From positions 128,001-192,000 of the forward strand of contig JBFOMH010000005.1 of the NCBI GenBank assembly GCA_040830765.1: a stretch of 64,000 bases of DNA, written 5' to 3'. The notes under the pieces were generated by a model that saw only the letters and a list, made by a program, of their open reading frames with translations, was not told the DNA's origin and did not search any database. The number at the start of each line of letters is the position of its first letter. Position 1 is the stretch's first letter. Source of the stretch: Puniceicoccaceae bacterium (lineage in GTDB: Bacteria; Verrucomicrobiota; Verrucomicrobiia; Opitutales; Oceanipulchritudinaceae). A program made the position numbers and the translations under genes. Shown in pieces: positions 23,101 to 38,100 of the stretch.

Positions 23101-26100
23101 CGCCTTCGGCCTCAACAACGGCAATGCTGCCCAGGCTAGCTGGGTCGATCAAGTCAAGGATGGCCTTCAAGGTAATCGAGGAAGCATAGACTTCCACCCC
23201 ATCCCCGATGAAGGCATTAACCGTGTGCTCCAGTCGTGACAGGGCGGTCGATCCACCGACTGAACCTCCGGAAATTGTATTTTCCTCGGTATTGGCGGTC
23301 GTCTCGCCGATGGCCCGTGCCTTGATGTCGACGGTCCCGGTCGTATCGACCGAGAATCCGGATTGAATACCGGCAATTGACTTGGAGCGAGCCAGGGCTT
23401 CGGCGATGTTAATGCCAAATTCGATCAGTCCACCTGCAGTAGCCTGGACCGTGGCCGTGGCAACGTCCGTGCTCAAGGAGCTGATAAAGAGATCCGCATC
23501 CGAGGCGGTGATTCTGCTGTTCAGGAGGGCCTGCGTAGTCGCGTTGAGATCGCTCTTGGCCATACTCAAGCCAATGGCTGCGGTGCCTGTCGTGTCACCG
23601 CGGGAATCGGCGTTGGCGGTGTTGTTTGAAGTGGCGTCGATCAGGATGACTGCGTCGGCAACGACGTCACGTTCACCGCTGATCTCGGCAAGCACGGTTG
23701 CATTAGTCGAGGCCAGTGCGTCACTAAAGGTTCCACTGAAGAGCAGCCCCATGCTGCCCACCTTGAGCAGGGCGTCATTTGTGGAGTTGAGATTGGCGAT
23801 AGCCTGGATCTCTGTGGCGATAAATTTGCCAAACCCAAGGCTCTGGGCCTTCACATCGGTGTCGAGGACACTACGGATGCGGGTACCTTGGAAGGTGATA
23901 CCTCCGGATTCACCGACACCACGCCCACTGGCATCCACATCGACATCGGCATCGGCCTCGATGACAAGATTTCCTCCGGCGGTGGCAAAGACTCCGTCAC
24001 CGAGGAAGGCATGCACCTGCGAGGTGCTCTTGGCTGTGGCATCAGTATAGCCACCCGAGCCAACAAAACTCAGTTGGTTCATGTTGCCGATTGCCAGCAC
24101 AGTGCTGGTCAATCCGGCGAACAACTCGATGCCTCCGGCAGTCGTCAGGTTGGTATATTCAACTGCCCCGGCAACCGGTCCAACGGAGGCCTGGACAAGG
24201 TGATTATCCCTGGCTGAGACTTCGGCCCCTGACCCAGTGGCTAGTCCAAGGCTGACGCTATCAAGGAAGGCGGAGACATCGTTAGTGGCATTGGCATTGA
24301 TGGAGAGGATGTCAGCATTAAGGGTTACGCCCTCCCCGATGGTGGCCATCGTGCTGCCCTCGAGGTCGGCTTTTACGGTGAAGGACCCAAAGGCAGTTGC
24401 TGAGGTGCTGGAGGTATTGCTCAGGGCATGTGCATCGATGGTGCTGGTCGCATTGACGGAGACCGTTCCGGCACTGTTTATCACTACACCATCCCCAATG
24501 TTGGCAGAGACGGTCGAGGCGTTGAGGGCACGGGCTTTTGCTTCGCTTAAGTCGAAGAAGACCGAGCCTCCCTCTGCCTCGACAACTGCGCTGCTGCCAA
24601 GGCTACCGGGATCGATTAAGTCTTGAACGGCAGTAACTGAGACGGAAGCCGCAAGGACTTCCACACCTTCACCGATGAAGGCATTCACGGTCTGCTCCAG
24701 TCGTGACAGGGCTGTTGAGCCGCCGACCGAACCACCGGAAATGGTCTCCTCCTCGGTATTGGCAGTCGTCTCACCAAATCCACTCGCCTTGATAAATAGG
24801 GAGCCTGTCGTATAGACCGCGAAACCGGGTTGGATGCCAGCGATTGACTTGGAGCGTGCGAGGGCTTCGGCCGTATTGATTCCAAATTCGACCAATCCAC
24901 CTGCCGTCGCCCGGACTGTGGCTGTAGCTACGTCGGTGCTTTCAGAGACGATAAAGATATCCGCCGTGGTGGCGGTCACGCGACTGTTCAAGAGGGCCTG
25001 CGTGGTCGCATTGAGGTCGCTCTTGGCCATACTTAAGCCAACGGCTACTGTACCGGTCGTATCCCCACGGGCATCGGCATGGGCAGTATTGTTCGATCTG
25101 GCATCGATTGCGAGGAGCGCATCGGCCTTGATGTCCCGTTCCCCACTGATTTCGGCGAGGACCGTTGCATTGGTCGAGGCGATGGCCTCACTGAAGGTTC
25201 CGCTGCCAAGCAATCCCATGCTGCCGACCTTGAGCAAGGCATCGTTGCTGGAATCGAGATCGGCGATGACCTGCACTTCCGTGGCCAGGAATTCGCCATA
25301 CCCGAGGCCCTGGGCTTTCACATCTGTATCAAGGACGCCAAGGATACGGGCACCCTGGAAGCTAATGGCACCGGCCTCAGCAACACCCCGGCCACTGGCG
25401 TCTACATCGACATCGGCATCTGCCTCAATCCGGATATTGCCGCCGGCATTGGCAAAAACACCGTCGCCGAGGAAGGCATGTACTTGCGAGGTGCTGGTAG
25501 CGGTGGCATCGGTGTACCCACCGGAACCGACAAAACTCAATTGGTTCATGTTGCCGATTGCCAGTACAGTGCTGGTCATTCCGGCGAACAACTCGATGCC
25601 ACCTGCAGTTGTCAGGTTGGTATATACAACCGCCCCGGAAGCCGGTGCAACGGACGCCTGGACAAGATGATTGTCCCTGGCCGCGACTTCGGCTCCCGAC
25701 CCTGTTGCCAGACCGAGGCTGACACTGTCAAGGAAGGCGGAGACGTCGTTGGTGGCATTGGCATTGATGGACAGGATGTCAGCATCAATGGCCGCACCTT
25801 CCCCGATAGTTGCCGTGGTACTGCCGTCGAGTTCGGCTTTCACGATAAAGGATCCAAAGGCAGTGGCCGAGGTACTGGAATTATTACTCAGGGCATGCGC
25901 ATCGTTGGCACTGGTGGCGTTGATGGAAACCGTTCCGGTACTGTCAACTATCGCACCTTCACCGATGCTGGCGGAAACGGTAGCGGCATGGAGTGCACGG
26001 GCCTTCGCTTCACTCAGGTCGAAGAAGACAGCACCACCCTCAGCTTCAACAACGGCACTGCTACCCAGACTGGTCGGATCGACAAGCTCGAGGGCAGCAT

Positions 26101-29100
26101 TAATGGAAACGGAGCCGGCAACGACCTGAGTGTTATTGCCGATAAAGGCATTGACCGTCGGTTCCATCTTGGCCGTCGCTGTGGAACCACCGACGGAGCC
26201 ACCGGAAATCGTCTCCTCTTCGGTATTTGCCGTGGCCTCGCCACGTGTGTCGGCATCGATGGTCACATCACCGGTAGTGTCGATGGAGTATCCGTCCCCG
26301 ATACCGGCAAAGGACTTTGAGCGCACGAGGGACTCCGCCGTGTTGGTACCAAACTCAGCCAGCCCGCCTGCAGTAGCGCGAACCGTCGAGGTAGCGATAT
26401 TTGTACTACCGGACTCAATAAGGAGATTTGCGGTAGAATTGACCAGCTCACTATTAAACAGGGCCTGGGTGACAACGTTGAGGTCCGATTTGGCCACGCT
26501 CAATCCAATGGCGGCTATGCCCGTTGTGTCCCCGCGGGCATCTGAATTTGCGGTATTGCCCGATGACGCAAAGAGCGTGACACCAGAGAACGCAATGACC
26601 GAGGCACCGTCACCGACCTCGGCAAAGACCGTGGCATTGGAAGATGCCAGGGCGTCGCTGAAGGTACCACTGCCGAGCAGACCCATGCTGCCAACCTTGA
26701 GGAGGGCATCATTTTCGGAGAACATCCGGGCGAAAACCCGAAGCTCATTGGCAACAACCTGGCCGCCGCCTCCATATATCCGCGCCTGAACATCCGTGTC
26801 GAGGTTGCCCCGGATCCGCGTCCCGAGGAAGCTGATTGCGCCAGCCTCACTGACACCGCGGCCATCGGCATCCACATCGACATCAGCAAAGGCGTCCACC
26901 TGCACAGTTGAACCAGCTTCGGCGATGACCTTTTCCCCGATGAAAGCGTAGACCTGGGATGTACTAGTCGCAACTGAATCCGTGTAGCCGCCCGAGACCA
27001 GGAAGCTCAAGGATTCCATGTTCCCGGTTGAGTGGACAGTGCTATCCAGTTCGGCCACTAATTCGATGTTTCCGTCAAGGATTAGGTTAGTAAAGTCGAG
27101 TGCGCCGGAAACCGGGCCCGCAGACGCCTGCACTAGATGGTTGTCCGTCGCGGTGACAAATACTCCTGCGCCATTGACAAGTCCGATACTGACGCTGTCC
27201 AGCAGGGCGATAACGGTGTTGGTGGCATCTGCCCGCATGGAAAGAATGTCGCCAGTTACGGATACCCCTTCGCCGATGGTTGCGGTTGTACTGCCCTGCA
27301 TGTCGGCCTCAACCACCAACCCGCTGAACCCGGCCGCTGCGGTGGTTGCGCTGGTGCTGGAAGCGGTGGCGATGTTTGTACTGGTGGCATCGATAGTGAC
27401 CAGACCGCTTGTTTTCACATTGGAACCATCCTCGAGGCGAGCGCTGACCTGCGGGGTCTGGATGGCCCGGGCAAGGGCAATACTAAAGTCAAAGAGAGCC
27501 CCGCTCTCCACCTCCAAGGTGGCACTGCTGCCAACTGTCTTGGAATTACCGGTGGCAGAGATATCAGCTGAACCGGAGAAGACGATGGCATCCCGTGAGA
27601 CGACTGCATTGACTGACGGCCGGAGATGGGAAATGGCCGACGAACCACCACCGGAGCCAATGGCAATGGATTCCTTTTCAGTGGCGGTTATCGCGTCACC
27701 GGTGAAAAAGGCATTGAGCCTTACCTGGTCGGTAACATGAACCTGGGAACCTTCGCCAATCCGGGCATCCACGGAGGAGGTAACATCGGCCTCGGCAAGG
27801 TTGAATGTTCCGGATACGAGCCCGCTGGCAGCTGCCTTGATAGTGGAACTGGCTTCTTCAACACTGGTTGCCTCAATTATCAGGTTCAAGGCAGCCGGTG
27901 ACAGGTTGTCGCCAAGGTCACTGTCGAAAAGTGCTTCTGTTGTCGTCTGGATATCTGCCCTGGCAAATGTAGCGCCAACGGCGAGAGCACCGAGAGCATC
28001 CCCACGGGCATCGGCATCGGCACTGTTCACCGAAGGGGACCGGATAAAGACGGATCCGCTGGATGTGACGGTTGTTCCGTTGTCGATGGCGGCGTAAATG
28101 ATAGCATCCGTTGTAGCCCGCGCTTCCCCGCCATTAATCCCGGCAAACAAGGCAATGCTCCCCAGCTCAACATGGGCCATATTACTGGAGACGAGACTCG
28201 CCGTGATCTCGATATTACTTCCACTGAGCGAGCTTCCACCATTCGTATATGCACGAACAATTGTGCTGAGGGTCGAAGTGACCCGGGCGGCATTGGCCGC
28301 GAATCCAATCGATACGCCGGAGCCCGTTCCATCAGCGACGACATCCACCACGGCATCGGCAAGGATGCGCAGATCGCCACCGGTTGCCTGGGCATCCACT
28401 TGATCGCCAAGATAGGCCAGGACATTGGAATTGGACTCAGCCTCCGTATCGCTGTAGGAAGCAGCACCGCCAAGGGCAATGCCCTCGAGTTCGCCGGTTG
28501 CGGTGACCGAACTGTCCAGCTGGGCAATGACAAAGATTCCGTCGGAAGCATTGGTGGAAAGAATTGTTGCGCTGGCGGCCGGGCCGCTTCCCTCCTCCGG
28601 ACCGGCATAGCCGGCGACGAGGTGGTTGTCCGCCGCACGAACCAAGGCACCCGCTCCAGTGGCCAAGCCGAGACTGGCACTCTCCACCGTGGCAGTTGAG
28701 GTATTGTCGGCACTGCCAACAATCCGGATGCTACCAGAATCGACCTGGGAACCTTCCCCGATGCTGGCCACGGAACGGCCAAAGATATTCGACTCGACCC
28801 ACATGCCACTGAAGGTGGCAGCCGCTGCCACCGCACTGGTGTTGGAAGCTGTCGCGATGTTGGTGCTGTTGGATGAAACCCAGACTCTGCCGGTTGTCAG
28901 AATGTCCGACCCGGCTCCAATGGAAGCGGTGACAATGGGTGTCTGGTCGGCCAAGGCAACGAGCAGGCTCAGGTCGAACAAGGCCCCCGCTTCCCCTTCC
29001 ACACTGGCATCGGCACCAAGCGAAACAACTCCCTGCGAAGCGAGCAGGACAATCGAGCCGGCCTGGATTGTTGACGATTCACCAAGGGCGGCTGTAACAA

Positions 29101-32100
29101 CCGGCCGGACATCGGCATCAGCGAGGGAACCGCCACCCGAGCCAATGGCAATGGTCTGCTTCTCGGTCGAGGCAATGGCATCGCTAAGGGAGATTGCCTT
29201 GAGGTCAATTTCCCCGGTGGCGTGCATGAAGCGGCCATTGGCGACAAGGGCCTCGATGGTTGAGGTCACGTCGGCCTCCGCCTTGTTCAAAGTCCCGGCA
29301 ATCAGGCCACCGGCAACGGCTTGGACAGTAGCGGAGGCAACATCCTGTCCGGTTGCATGGATATTGACATCGGTGGCTCCCGGCGAGATGCCCGTACCGA
29401 GGTTGCTGTCGAAAAGGGATTGGGTGGTTGTCTGCAGGTCCGCCCGGGCGAAGGTTCCACCAAAAGCAGCGGCCCCCAAGGCACTGCCCCGGGCATCGGC
29501 GATGGCACTGTTGGAGGAACTGGAAAGAACATCGACCCTTCCCGTAGCGGAAACAGCACTACCATTGCCAATAGTTGACAACACCTGCGCATCGCTGAGG
29601 GCCAGCGCTTCCCCACCATTGCCACTGAGGCCGATGGAAACGCTACCCAATTCAACGTTTGCGGTATTTGAGGATATGAGGCTGGAACCGACGAGAATGT
29701 TATTACCGGCAAGGTCGCTGCCACCAAGAGTGAAGGCCTTGACAATGGAGCTGACGGTGGAATTCACCAGGGCAACCGTTACCGAGGCCCCAATGGAGAC
29801 ATTGGTTCCAGTACCGGTGGCGAAGGAATCGACAATCGCGTTCGACTCGATGTTGATATCGCCGCCAGTAGCCACCGCGGAGGTGTTTTCACCAAGGTAG
29901 GCCAGTATCTGCGAGGTTGAGGTGGCGTTGGTCAAATTAAAGGAACCGGCACCGCCGATGCCGACACCGATCATTTCACCGGTGGCGCTCAACGTACCGG
30001 TCAAGTCTGCGAGGATTTCAATATCCCCGCCTGAGCTGGTCAAAGTGGTTGGAATTCCGGAAGGAACGACGCCCTCGGCTGGACCGGCATAGGATTCCAC
30101 AATATGGGCATCGGTCACGTCGACCAGGGCACCCTTTCCGGAGAGCAGACCAATGCTGAGGCTGGAAACGTCACCGGTGGCGCTATTGATAGCGGCGGAC
30201 CGGATGGCGATGCCACTCGCCTCGACCGAACTGCCTTCACCGACATAGGCGGACGTGCTTCCAGTGACTTCGGCCTCAACCGTGAGGGCACCAAAATCGA
30301 GGACTCCCCCGCTTCCACCGCCACTGGATGCTTCAACGGTATTGGTACTGGTGGCGGTAAGTTCAAATGCATTACCGGAGGAAATCGTTGAGCCGGATCC
30401 GATGGTTGCCGTGGTGACCGGCCGGTTGATGGCCTTGGAGAGAATGAGGCTGCCACTGACAATGCCGCCGCCAACTGCCTCCGCATTCGCCGTGCTGCCA
30501 TAGCCCGGTCGGGAATCGTTGTGGGAGGCCTTGATGGAAATGAATCCGGCATCAGCGAGGAGGGATGTATTCGGACCGGCTGAAGCTGTGACTACCGGTT
30601 GCAGGCGACTTTCGGCGAAAGAGCCACCTCCGGAGAAGCCGCCGCTGATGGTCAGGGCATCGGTCAGGGCATCCGCATCACCAGCAAAATAGGTTGCGAC
30701 GAAGATATCTCCCGTCACATGGACAACCTGGTCGCCGGCCAGGGTGGCTTCCGCTACTGAGTAGACCTTCGCACTGGCGTCCACTGAGTTGATACCGCCA
30801 AGCAGGCCACCGGTGGCCGCATCCGCCTTGGCGAGGGCCAATCCCTGGGCAGTGGTTTCAATCGTCAGGTTACTGGCGCCAGCGGAAACATCCGTCCCGA
30901 TTTCACCATCCATGTAGGAACGGGTGATTCCGGAGCCCTCGGCATCTGCATCAGTTCCACCGATTCCGCCCAATCCGGTCGCGGTGATTCCCCGGCTGAG
31001 GGCCTTGGCGGAATTGACGGATTGCGATTGGATGGAAATTGATCCATCGGCCAGCAAGAAGGAGTCCTTCGCCACTCCTGCCTCAACAAGAGCGTTGGCG
31101 GTGGCTTCCGTCTTGGTGAACTTCAGGGAAGCCAATCCAGCTCCGGGGGCAAGTGACCGTGCCAGCGCACCCTGGACATCCTCGACCCCGGTGGATTCGG
31201 TATCGATTCCCAGGCCAATCTTTTCTCCGGAGGCATTCGTGTTGTGGCGAGCCAGCAGGGAGACATTGCCAGTCGTTTCCAAGGCCACCTTGGTTCCGAT
31301 GGTCGCCTGGACAACGGGTTCGAGAGTCGCCAAGGCGAGCCCGGTTCCCAGTTCAATGGCCCCGCCGGTTGTGCCGCGGGCATCCGCCCGGACGTTGCCC
31401 TGGGAGATGGCACTGATGGAGACATCTCCGGTCAGGCCGAGGACAAGGGAATTGTCAGCGATACCGGAAGTAACGATTGAAGTCAGGCTGGCATCTGAAA
31501 GGGAAGCCGCACCGGCTCCGTAAAAACTTCCACTGGTAACTTGTGAGCGCAGGTTGACATTTTCAACAGCCAGCGACTCGATGACCAGTCCGCCGCCGGA
31601 GTCAATGTCACCATTGGCATTTGCCAACACACGCGAATCGACAACACCTGTCGTAACCATGATCCCGATGGCAACTGCGCCGGTTGTATCGGATTCACCT
31701 CTCATATAGACGACATTAGAGGCAATGGACCGGACGGAGATGACTCCACCAGCTGAAATCGTGGTTTCCGTGCCGGTCATGGTCTGGATATCGGCACTGG
31801 CTTCACCATCAACCAGCGTCCCCGTACCGGCAACGACACCAAAGGCCGGGGCATCAGCGAGCGCAGTGGCGGAAGCAGGCGCGGCGAGGGCGTCCCCATA
31901 AAATTCGTTGTGGAGGGATTCCACAGTAACAGCACCACCGGCATCAACATTCGTCGTTCCATCGATGTACGTATCGATCTCGGGCTTAACGTAGGAGTTG
32001 GCGACCATGCCACCGAAGGCTCCGAATCCAGCCGACTTTCCGTCGGCATCGGTGAGGGCGCGGGCATCCGAATCGGTCCGGACTACGATATCCCCACCAA

Positions 32101-35100
32101 CCTCGATCAGGTTGGTCGAGCCAACTAATCCGATTGAGGTACGGATGGTCGGTGAGGCCACGGACTCGGCTATGTTGACAACAACACTACCACCGATGCT
32201 GGCGCTGGCCGCTTCCGTTTCGGAATCCGCCCATGCTCCGACTTCGGAGAGAACCGTCAGGTTGCCATCCCCATCCACTGCCCCATCGATGTAGGTCGCA
32301 GTATTTCCATCGGATCCATCGCCACCAGCTGTCGCGTAGGAAACATTGGCACCAATGGCTGCCAGCCCACCAAGGGAAAGGCCATCCGCATCAGCAAAAG
32401 CTCCGCTCCAGCTGTAGGAGGAGACCGAGATGTCGCCAGTGGACTTGAGGAGCGTGTTCTTGGCCGCGTAAGTGACAATTTCCGGGATCGTATTGGCGAA
32501 AGCGAGGGACCCTTGACCAGCCCCGGCAAATCCAACCGAGGGGGACTCCGCCTTGGCCTTTGAGCGGCGGTCCAGTTTCGGACCCGCACCACGACCATGA
32601 TTGAAGGCGGATTCAATCTTGATGGAGGAAGCATTGAGAATGACAAAGGGCCCGATAAAGGCCTGGATAGCTGGAAGCAGGTCGGCGGAGGCCCAGCTGA
32701 GGCCAATTGTTCCAAGGCCGATGGCCGCCGTCAGGACGTCTGCCTCAACATTGGCATCGACTTCGCCAATGATGGAGGCGAATCCGAGCAGGTTGACCAT
32801 GGAGCCTTCACCAATGAAGGCCCGGACCAACGGGTCGGCTTCCACCCAGGCAAAGTTCGCGCTGATAGCGATGCCACCTGCGGCAAGCGCGCCAGTCTCG
32901 GCAATCGCATCAATTGTTGCCAGGGCAAGAATCTCAAGGTCGCCAACATCGCCGATCCCTTGACCAATCTGGACGTTATTACCGACATAGGCTTCGGTAC
33001 TTCCGGAAACCTTCAGTTGGGTAAAGGAGGCTCCCAGTGCGCCCAATCCGATCGCACCCTGATCTGTTTCAATCTCAAGGGTCCGATCGGCTTCGGCCTT
33101 AATATTGACCTTATTGGCGTTGAGGATGACGGAGTTATCAGCAATACGGGCCAGCTGTGAACTGTTATCATCGACAACAACGACGGCGGCTCCGAGGGCG
33201 ATCGCGCCCGCTGTTCCGTTGATGGCCCGGATGTAAATGTCTTCGCGGAGGGTTGCCTCGACATTAATCAAGTTACCGGCGTGGACGGTACCCCCGATTT
33301 CGGCACGGGTATTGAAAGAGAAACTGTTGACCGAAACGGATGCCCCGATGCCGACCAAGCCGGCGGCGGCGCCACCAACCAGCATTTCGATTTCGACATC
33401 CTCACGGGCCCGCACTTCAACATCGCCACCGGCAACGACCGTTGAGCCGGATTCGATGACGGCTTCGGTCCCAAGGGGAACGACGGTGCTGTTGAGAATA
33501 CCCGTTACGCCTGCCTGGGTTGGACCTTGGCTGGAGAGGCGGGTTGAGGCGCTGCCGGTAATGGCGTCGACTTGCTTGGTGTTCTCATCGGAATCCTCAT
33601 CGGATCCAAAACTGTTCAACTGTCCGGCAACCTCGCCACTGGCAGCCTCGGACTGGCCACCGGCATCCTCGTCGGCTGTTGCTCCCCCATCGGCCTCAAC
33701 CGCATTGGCGGTATTGCCGTCATTGTCCTCGTAACTGCTGTTCAGCTCCGAGCCCAGTGACCAGACGGATACCGAGGCGGCAATGCCCACGGCCCCAAAT
33801 CCACCACTGATGGTAAATCCTTCAAAGCGCAGGATTCCCAGTGCGTTGACCTCGACATCCCGGGCCGCTTCCACCACGGCACCACTGAGAATCTTGGCCG
33901 TCTTGTCATTGCGGACCGTCCCCACGTTGACACCACCGGCAATCCCCACCAGTCCGGCCGCCGCACCCGCGGCGATGCTCTGGATATTGAAACTGTTTGC
34001 GGCGTTGACAAAGACACTCTGGGTAGCGGATGCACCGGCGTTGCCACCGGTCTGGTTGACATCGGACGAGCCACCCAGCAGGGCAACCGTATCGGAATCG
34101 ATAATCGTCACAGCCACTGCACCGGCCACGCCGACAAAGCCAAAGCCACCGGCTAGGGCCAGATGGAAAATATCTTCACTGGAGGTCGCCTGGATGATCA
34201 GGCCATTGATATCGGCAACCCCGAACTCATCGCTGACAATGCTTCCATCGAGAACACCCGAGATGGCAGTGCCATTACCCAGTGCATCGACATCCGCATC
34301 AACCGTTGCGGTTGTGATCTTGTCGATAGTAATGACTCCAACTGAGCCACCGACACCTACCAATCCAGCGGCCAATGCACCAGCCACAACAAGAACTTCC
34401 GTCTCGTCATTGGCGGCCACAAGTACATCGCCACCGGCCATCAGGTCCGTGCCCACGGCGATGGTGGCGGATGTTTCCGCATCGACAATCAGGACGCTGA
34501 CAGCTCCACCAATACCTACGACTCCGGCGGCGATACCGAAGCCCATCAGCATCAGGTCTTCGTAGGAATTGGCCAGGACCGCAATATCATCAGCGGCATT
34601 AACCGTGACCCCACCAAGAATCCGTGCCTCGGTGACAAACTCAAGGACGCTGACATCGGCAGCGGGGGCAACCCCGACCACACCGGCGGCCAGTGTCCCG
34701 GCTACGGCAAGGTGATAAAAGTCATTTCCGGCAGCAACAAGGACGGACTGGGAAGGCCCGGCTGCGGAGGTATCGGCATTGATTTGCGCGCCTGTCCCGA
34801 TGTAGGCAGTCGTCCGGATGTCGAGTACATTGACAGGAGCCGCGATGGCCACCCCAACGACTCCAGCTCCAAGGCTAATCGCGAATACCTCGATATCATC
34901 CTGGTTGGTGGCAGTAACAGCAACTCCATTGAATCCGGCAATGGTCCCGGGAACAGCAGTCCGGGCTCCGTCGATACCAGCATCATCGCCGCCCTGCTTA
35001 TCGACATCCATCTCAGCAAAGGTCGGCATATTGACTTCACCCTGCTGACTGAGGGAAGTAGCATCTGCCGTGGCGAGACCTGAATCGGAAGCTTCAATCC

Positions 35101-38100
35101 CCTCGCCTTCCGGTGCTCCGGGATCAAAAGTGGGTGCGCCGACATCTGTGCCGATCGTAAAGGCGCCCGTCCGGACCGTCAGCCCGGAGGTGTTACCATC
35201 CCCGGTAACGAGGGAATTGTCCCCGATAAAGGCTTCTGTGACCTTGTCGATAATCGTCACCCCCGCACCGGCTGCCACACCGACTACACCTGCGGCAAGG
35301 GAGCCAACGACCATATCGGCCTCGGTGCGATCGTTTGCTGAAACCAGGACCGTTCCACCGGCATGAACGTCAGCCGGTCCGGCTGTCGGGATGCCACTCG
35401 ACGGATCGTCGCCGATAAAGGCCCGGGTATTGAGATTCATGATATGCACTCCGGCATCAAGAGCCACGCCAACGGTGATTCCTCCGGCAACACCGGCAGC
35501 GACAGAAGTGAGGTCCTCGACGGAGTCAGCGACAACCGCCACATCGCCCTCGGCATCAATAGTCACACCAGAATCGATAAAGGCCGTGGTAAACTTATCA
35601 TGGGTGCCAACTTCGGCCCCAATGCCGATGCCTACTCCGCCTGCCAGGGCAAGAGAGCCAGCAACACCGATCAAGGTGGATTCATCACTGGCCAGGACAG
35701 TCACACCCGGAGATTTGGCCGGATCCGGATCGGATGCATTGATAGTGGTCCCGCGGGCAATCCAGGCAATTGTTTCATCTGTGAGGACATTCACGGTCGC
35801 GGAACCGGCACCGGCCACTGTCCCGGCAGCGGCACCGGCCGCAGCGATGGCAATAAGCTCTTCCGATGAGGTTGCGAGGACATTGACTCCCGGGTTTCCG
35901 GAAATGGTGATGTCCGCGTCCTGGCCAATCCATGCCTCGACCGTGTCGGTCCGGATGACGGTGGTGTTGGATGCTCCCACACCGACGCCGCCACCAATGC
36001 CAACACTACCGGCAATGAGAAGGAAAGAAGTTGTGTCATCAGCAGTGACGTTGAGATCGCCGCCGGCGGAAACAGTGACGCCACCGTCTTCAAGGTAGGC
36101 ACGCGTTTCGGTGTCCACGTTGTAGATGGCAGCTGAAAAGGCGATGCCCACCGAACCGGCGATTCCCGCATTGGCGGTAATGGAAAGGACCATTTCATCG
36201 GACTGGGCGTCAACGGTAACGTCGTTCTGCGCATTGACGGTTGTTCCAGCTTCGACATAGGCGCGTGTATCCTTGTTGATAATGGCAATATCCACCCCGG
36301 CCCCGAGGCCGACGCTGTTGCCGATCTGCAGACCACCAGCAAGGGCAGTGACATCCGTACCGTCCGCGGCCCGGACGAGTACGCTTTGGGATGAGCCAAC
36401 ACCGGCTTCCTGTTCGTTGATCAAGGCGCCCGCCATGAGGTAGGCACGTGTCACCTGTTCAATGGTGTTGATGGTGACCGATCCGCCGATGGCGACTTCC
36501 GCGCCGGCGCCAAAGCCGACGGCAATAGTCAGGAACTCCTCGAAGGAAATGGCGAGGACGGCCAATCCCTTGAACGGAACCAGAACCGGATTACCATCGG
36601 AATCAAATTCGCCATTGGAAACAAGAACCGGAGCCACAGCATCCTGGGCCAAGGCATCGACGGATGCCCCACCCTCGATAAAGGCTTCCGTCAAGTCGGT
36701 ATGGAAGACGACGGAAACCGAGGCGCCGACGGTTGCGGCACCTCCGCCACTGATACTGATGGCGCCGTCCCCAGTCGCGATAAAGTCATTACTTTCGGCA
36801 TGAATAACCACCGAACCATTGGCCACCACAGAGGCACCGGAGGCGACATAGGCCCGCGTGACCGGTTCCAGGAGAAGAACCGAGACCGATCCGGCAAAGG
36901 CAAAGTTATCACCGTAGGTTCCGGACAGGGCCAGCGAGAGTATTTCATAGCTCGTAATCGCATCGACAATGACATCGTTGGTCGCGCTAATTACCGCATC
37001 CCCGTCAATAAAGGCTTCAACCTCCGTATTGATCTCTTCGACATCGATGGCGGCCCCGAAGCCTGCCCCACCGCTGGTGGCGATTGCAGCAGCACCAGCA
37101 GCATCAAGGATGGACAAGTCGTGTTCCGCGCGAACCCGTAGGGTGTGGACATTGAGCTCGCCGGATGCATAGGCATTGACGGAGCTGTTCATGGTGATGA
37201 CCACACCGGATGCCGCGATGGCGAGGTCTTCTCCACCGGAACCACCGGCGGCGAACATGAGCAGGGATTCGCTGACGAAAGCATCAACCGTCAAGCCAAC
37301 CCCACCGTATCCGGAGCCATTGAGATCCGCGATGCCTGTTCCGCTACCGCCCACATTGACTGTGGCACCATCCTCGATGTAGGCCTGGACAGAGCGCTCA
37401 ATGTTGGCATTGGCGAGGGAAATTCCAAAGCCGACCGACTCACCCACCGAGACCTGGCCGACAATGACAATCATGTCCGTGATGTCGTGGGCCCCGACAT
37501 AAAGGCTGCCAGCAACATCGATAACGCCGTCACCCACGCCACCAATCCATGAACGGACCTGATGATCGAGATTCATCGAGGAGGCCGAGCCGGCCGCCGC
37601 CATGTTATCGGTAGCGATGCCAAGGGAAGCCGCTACGGAGACGATCTGGAGGTCGTTTGTTCCGAGAACAACGGCATCCCCGGCAAGATCCAGGTTGGCA
37701 GCACCATCGATCCATGCCCGGACGTCGGTATTAATAAAGGACAGGGCCACATTAAGGCCGACCGCGTAATCATCGGCAAAGGCCAGGGCACCGGAAATTG
37801 GCAGGACCAGGCTTTCATTGAGGGCATCAACGGTCAGATTGTCGGATTCGACCAGAACTTCACTGGATACAGCGGCCCAGGTTTCCACATCCATGCCCGA
37901 GAGCTGGACACCTCCGGCAATTCCAATTCCGGAGTCATCGTCCTGATCAGCGGAGGCACCAGCGGCTGAAGCAGCGATGCCAAGGAACGTGTTGTCCGTA
38001 TGGGACAGGATAATGAGGTCGGGAACGAAAATCTCCGCCGCACTGACATGTGCGAAGGTGGTTTGCTGAATCTGGTTGTGTCCGTAGGAACCGCCAATGG

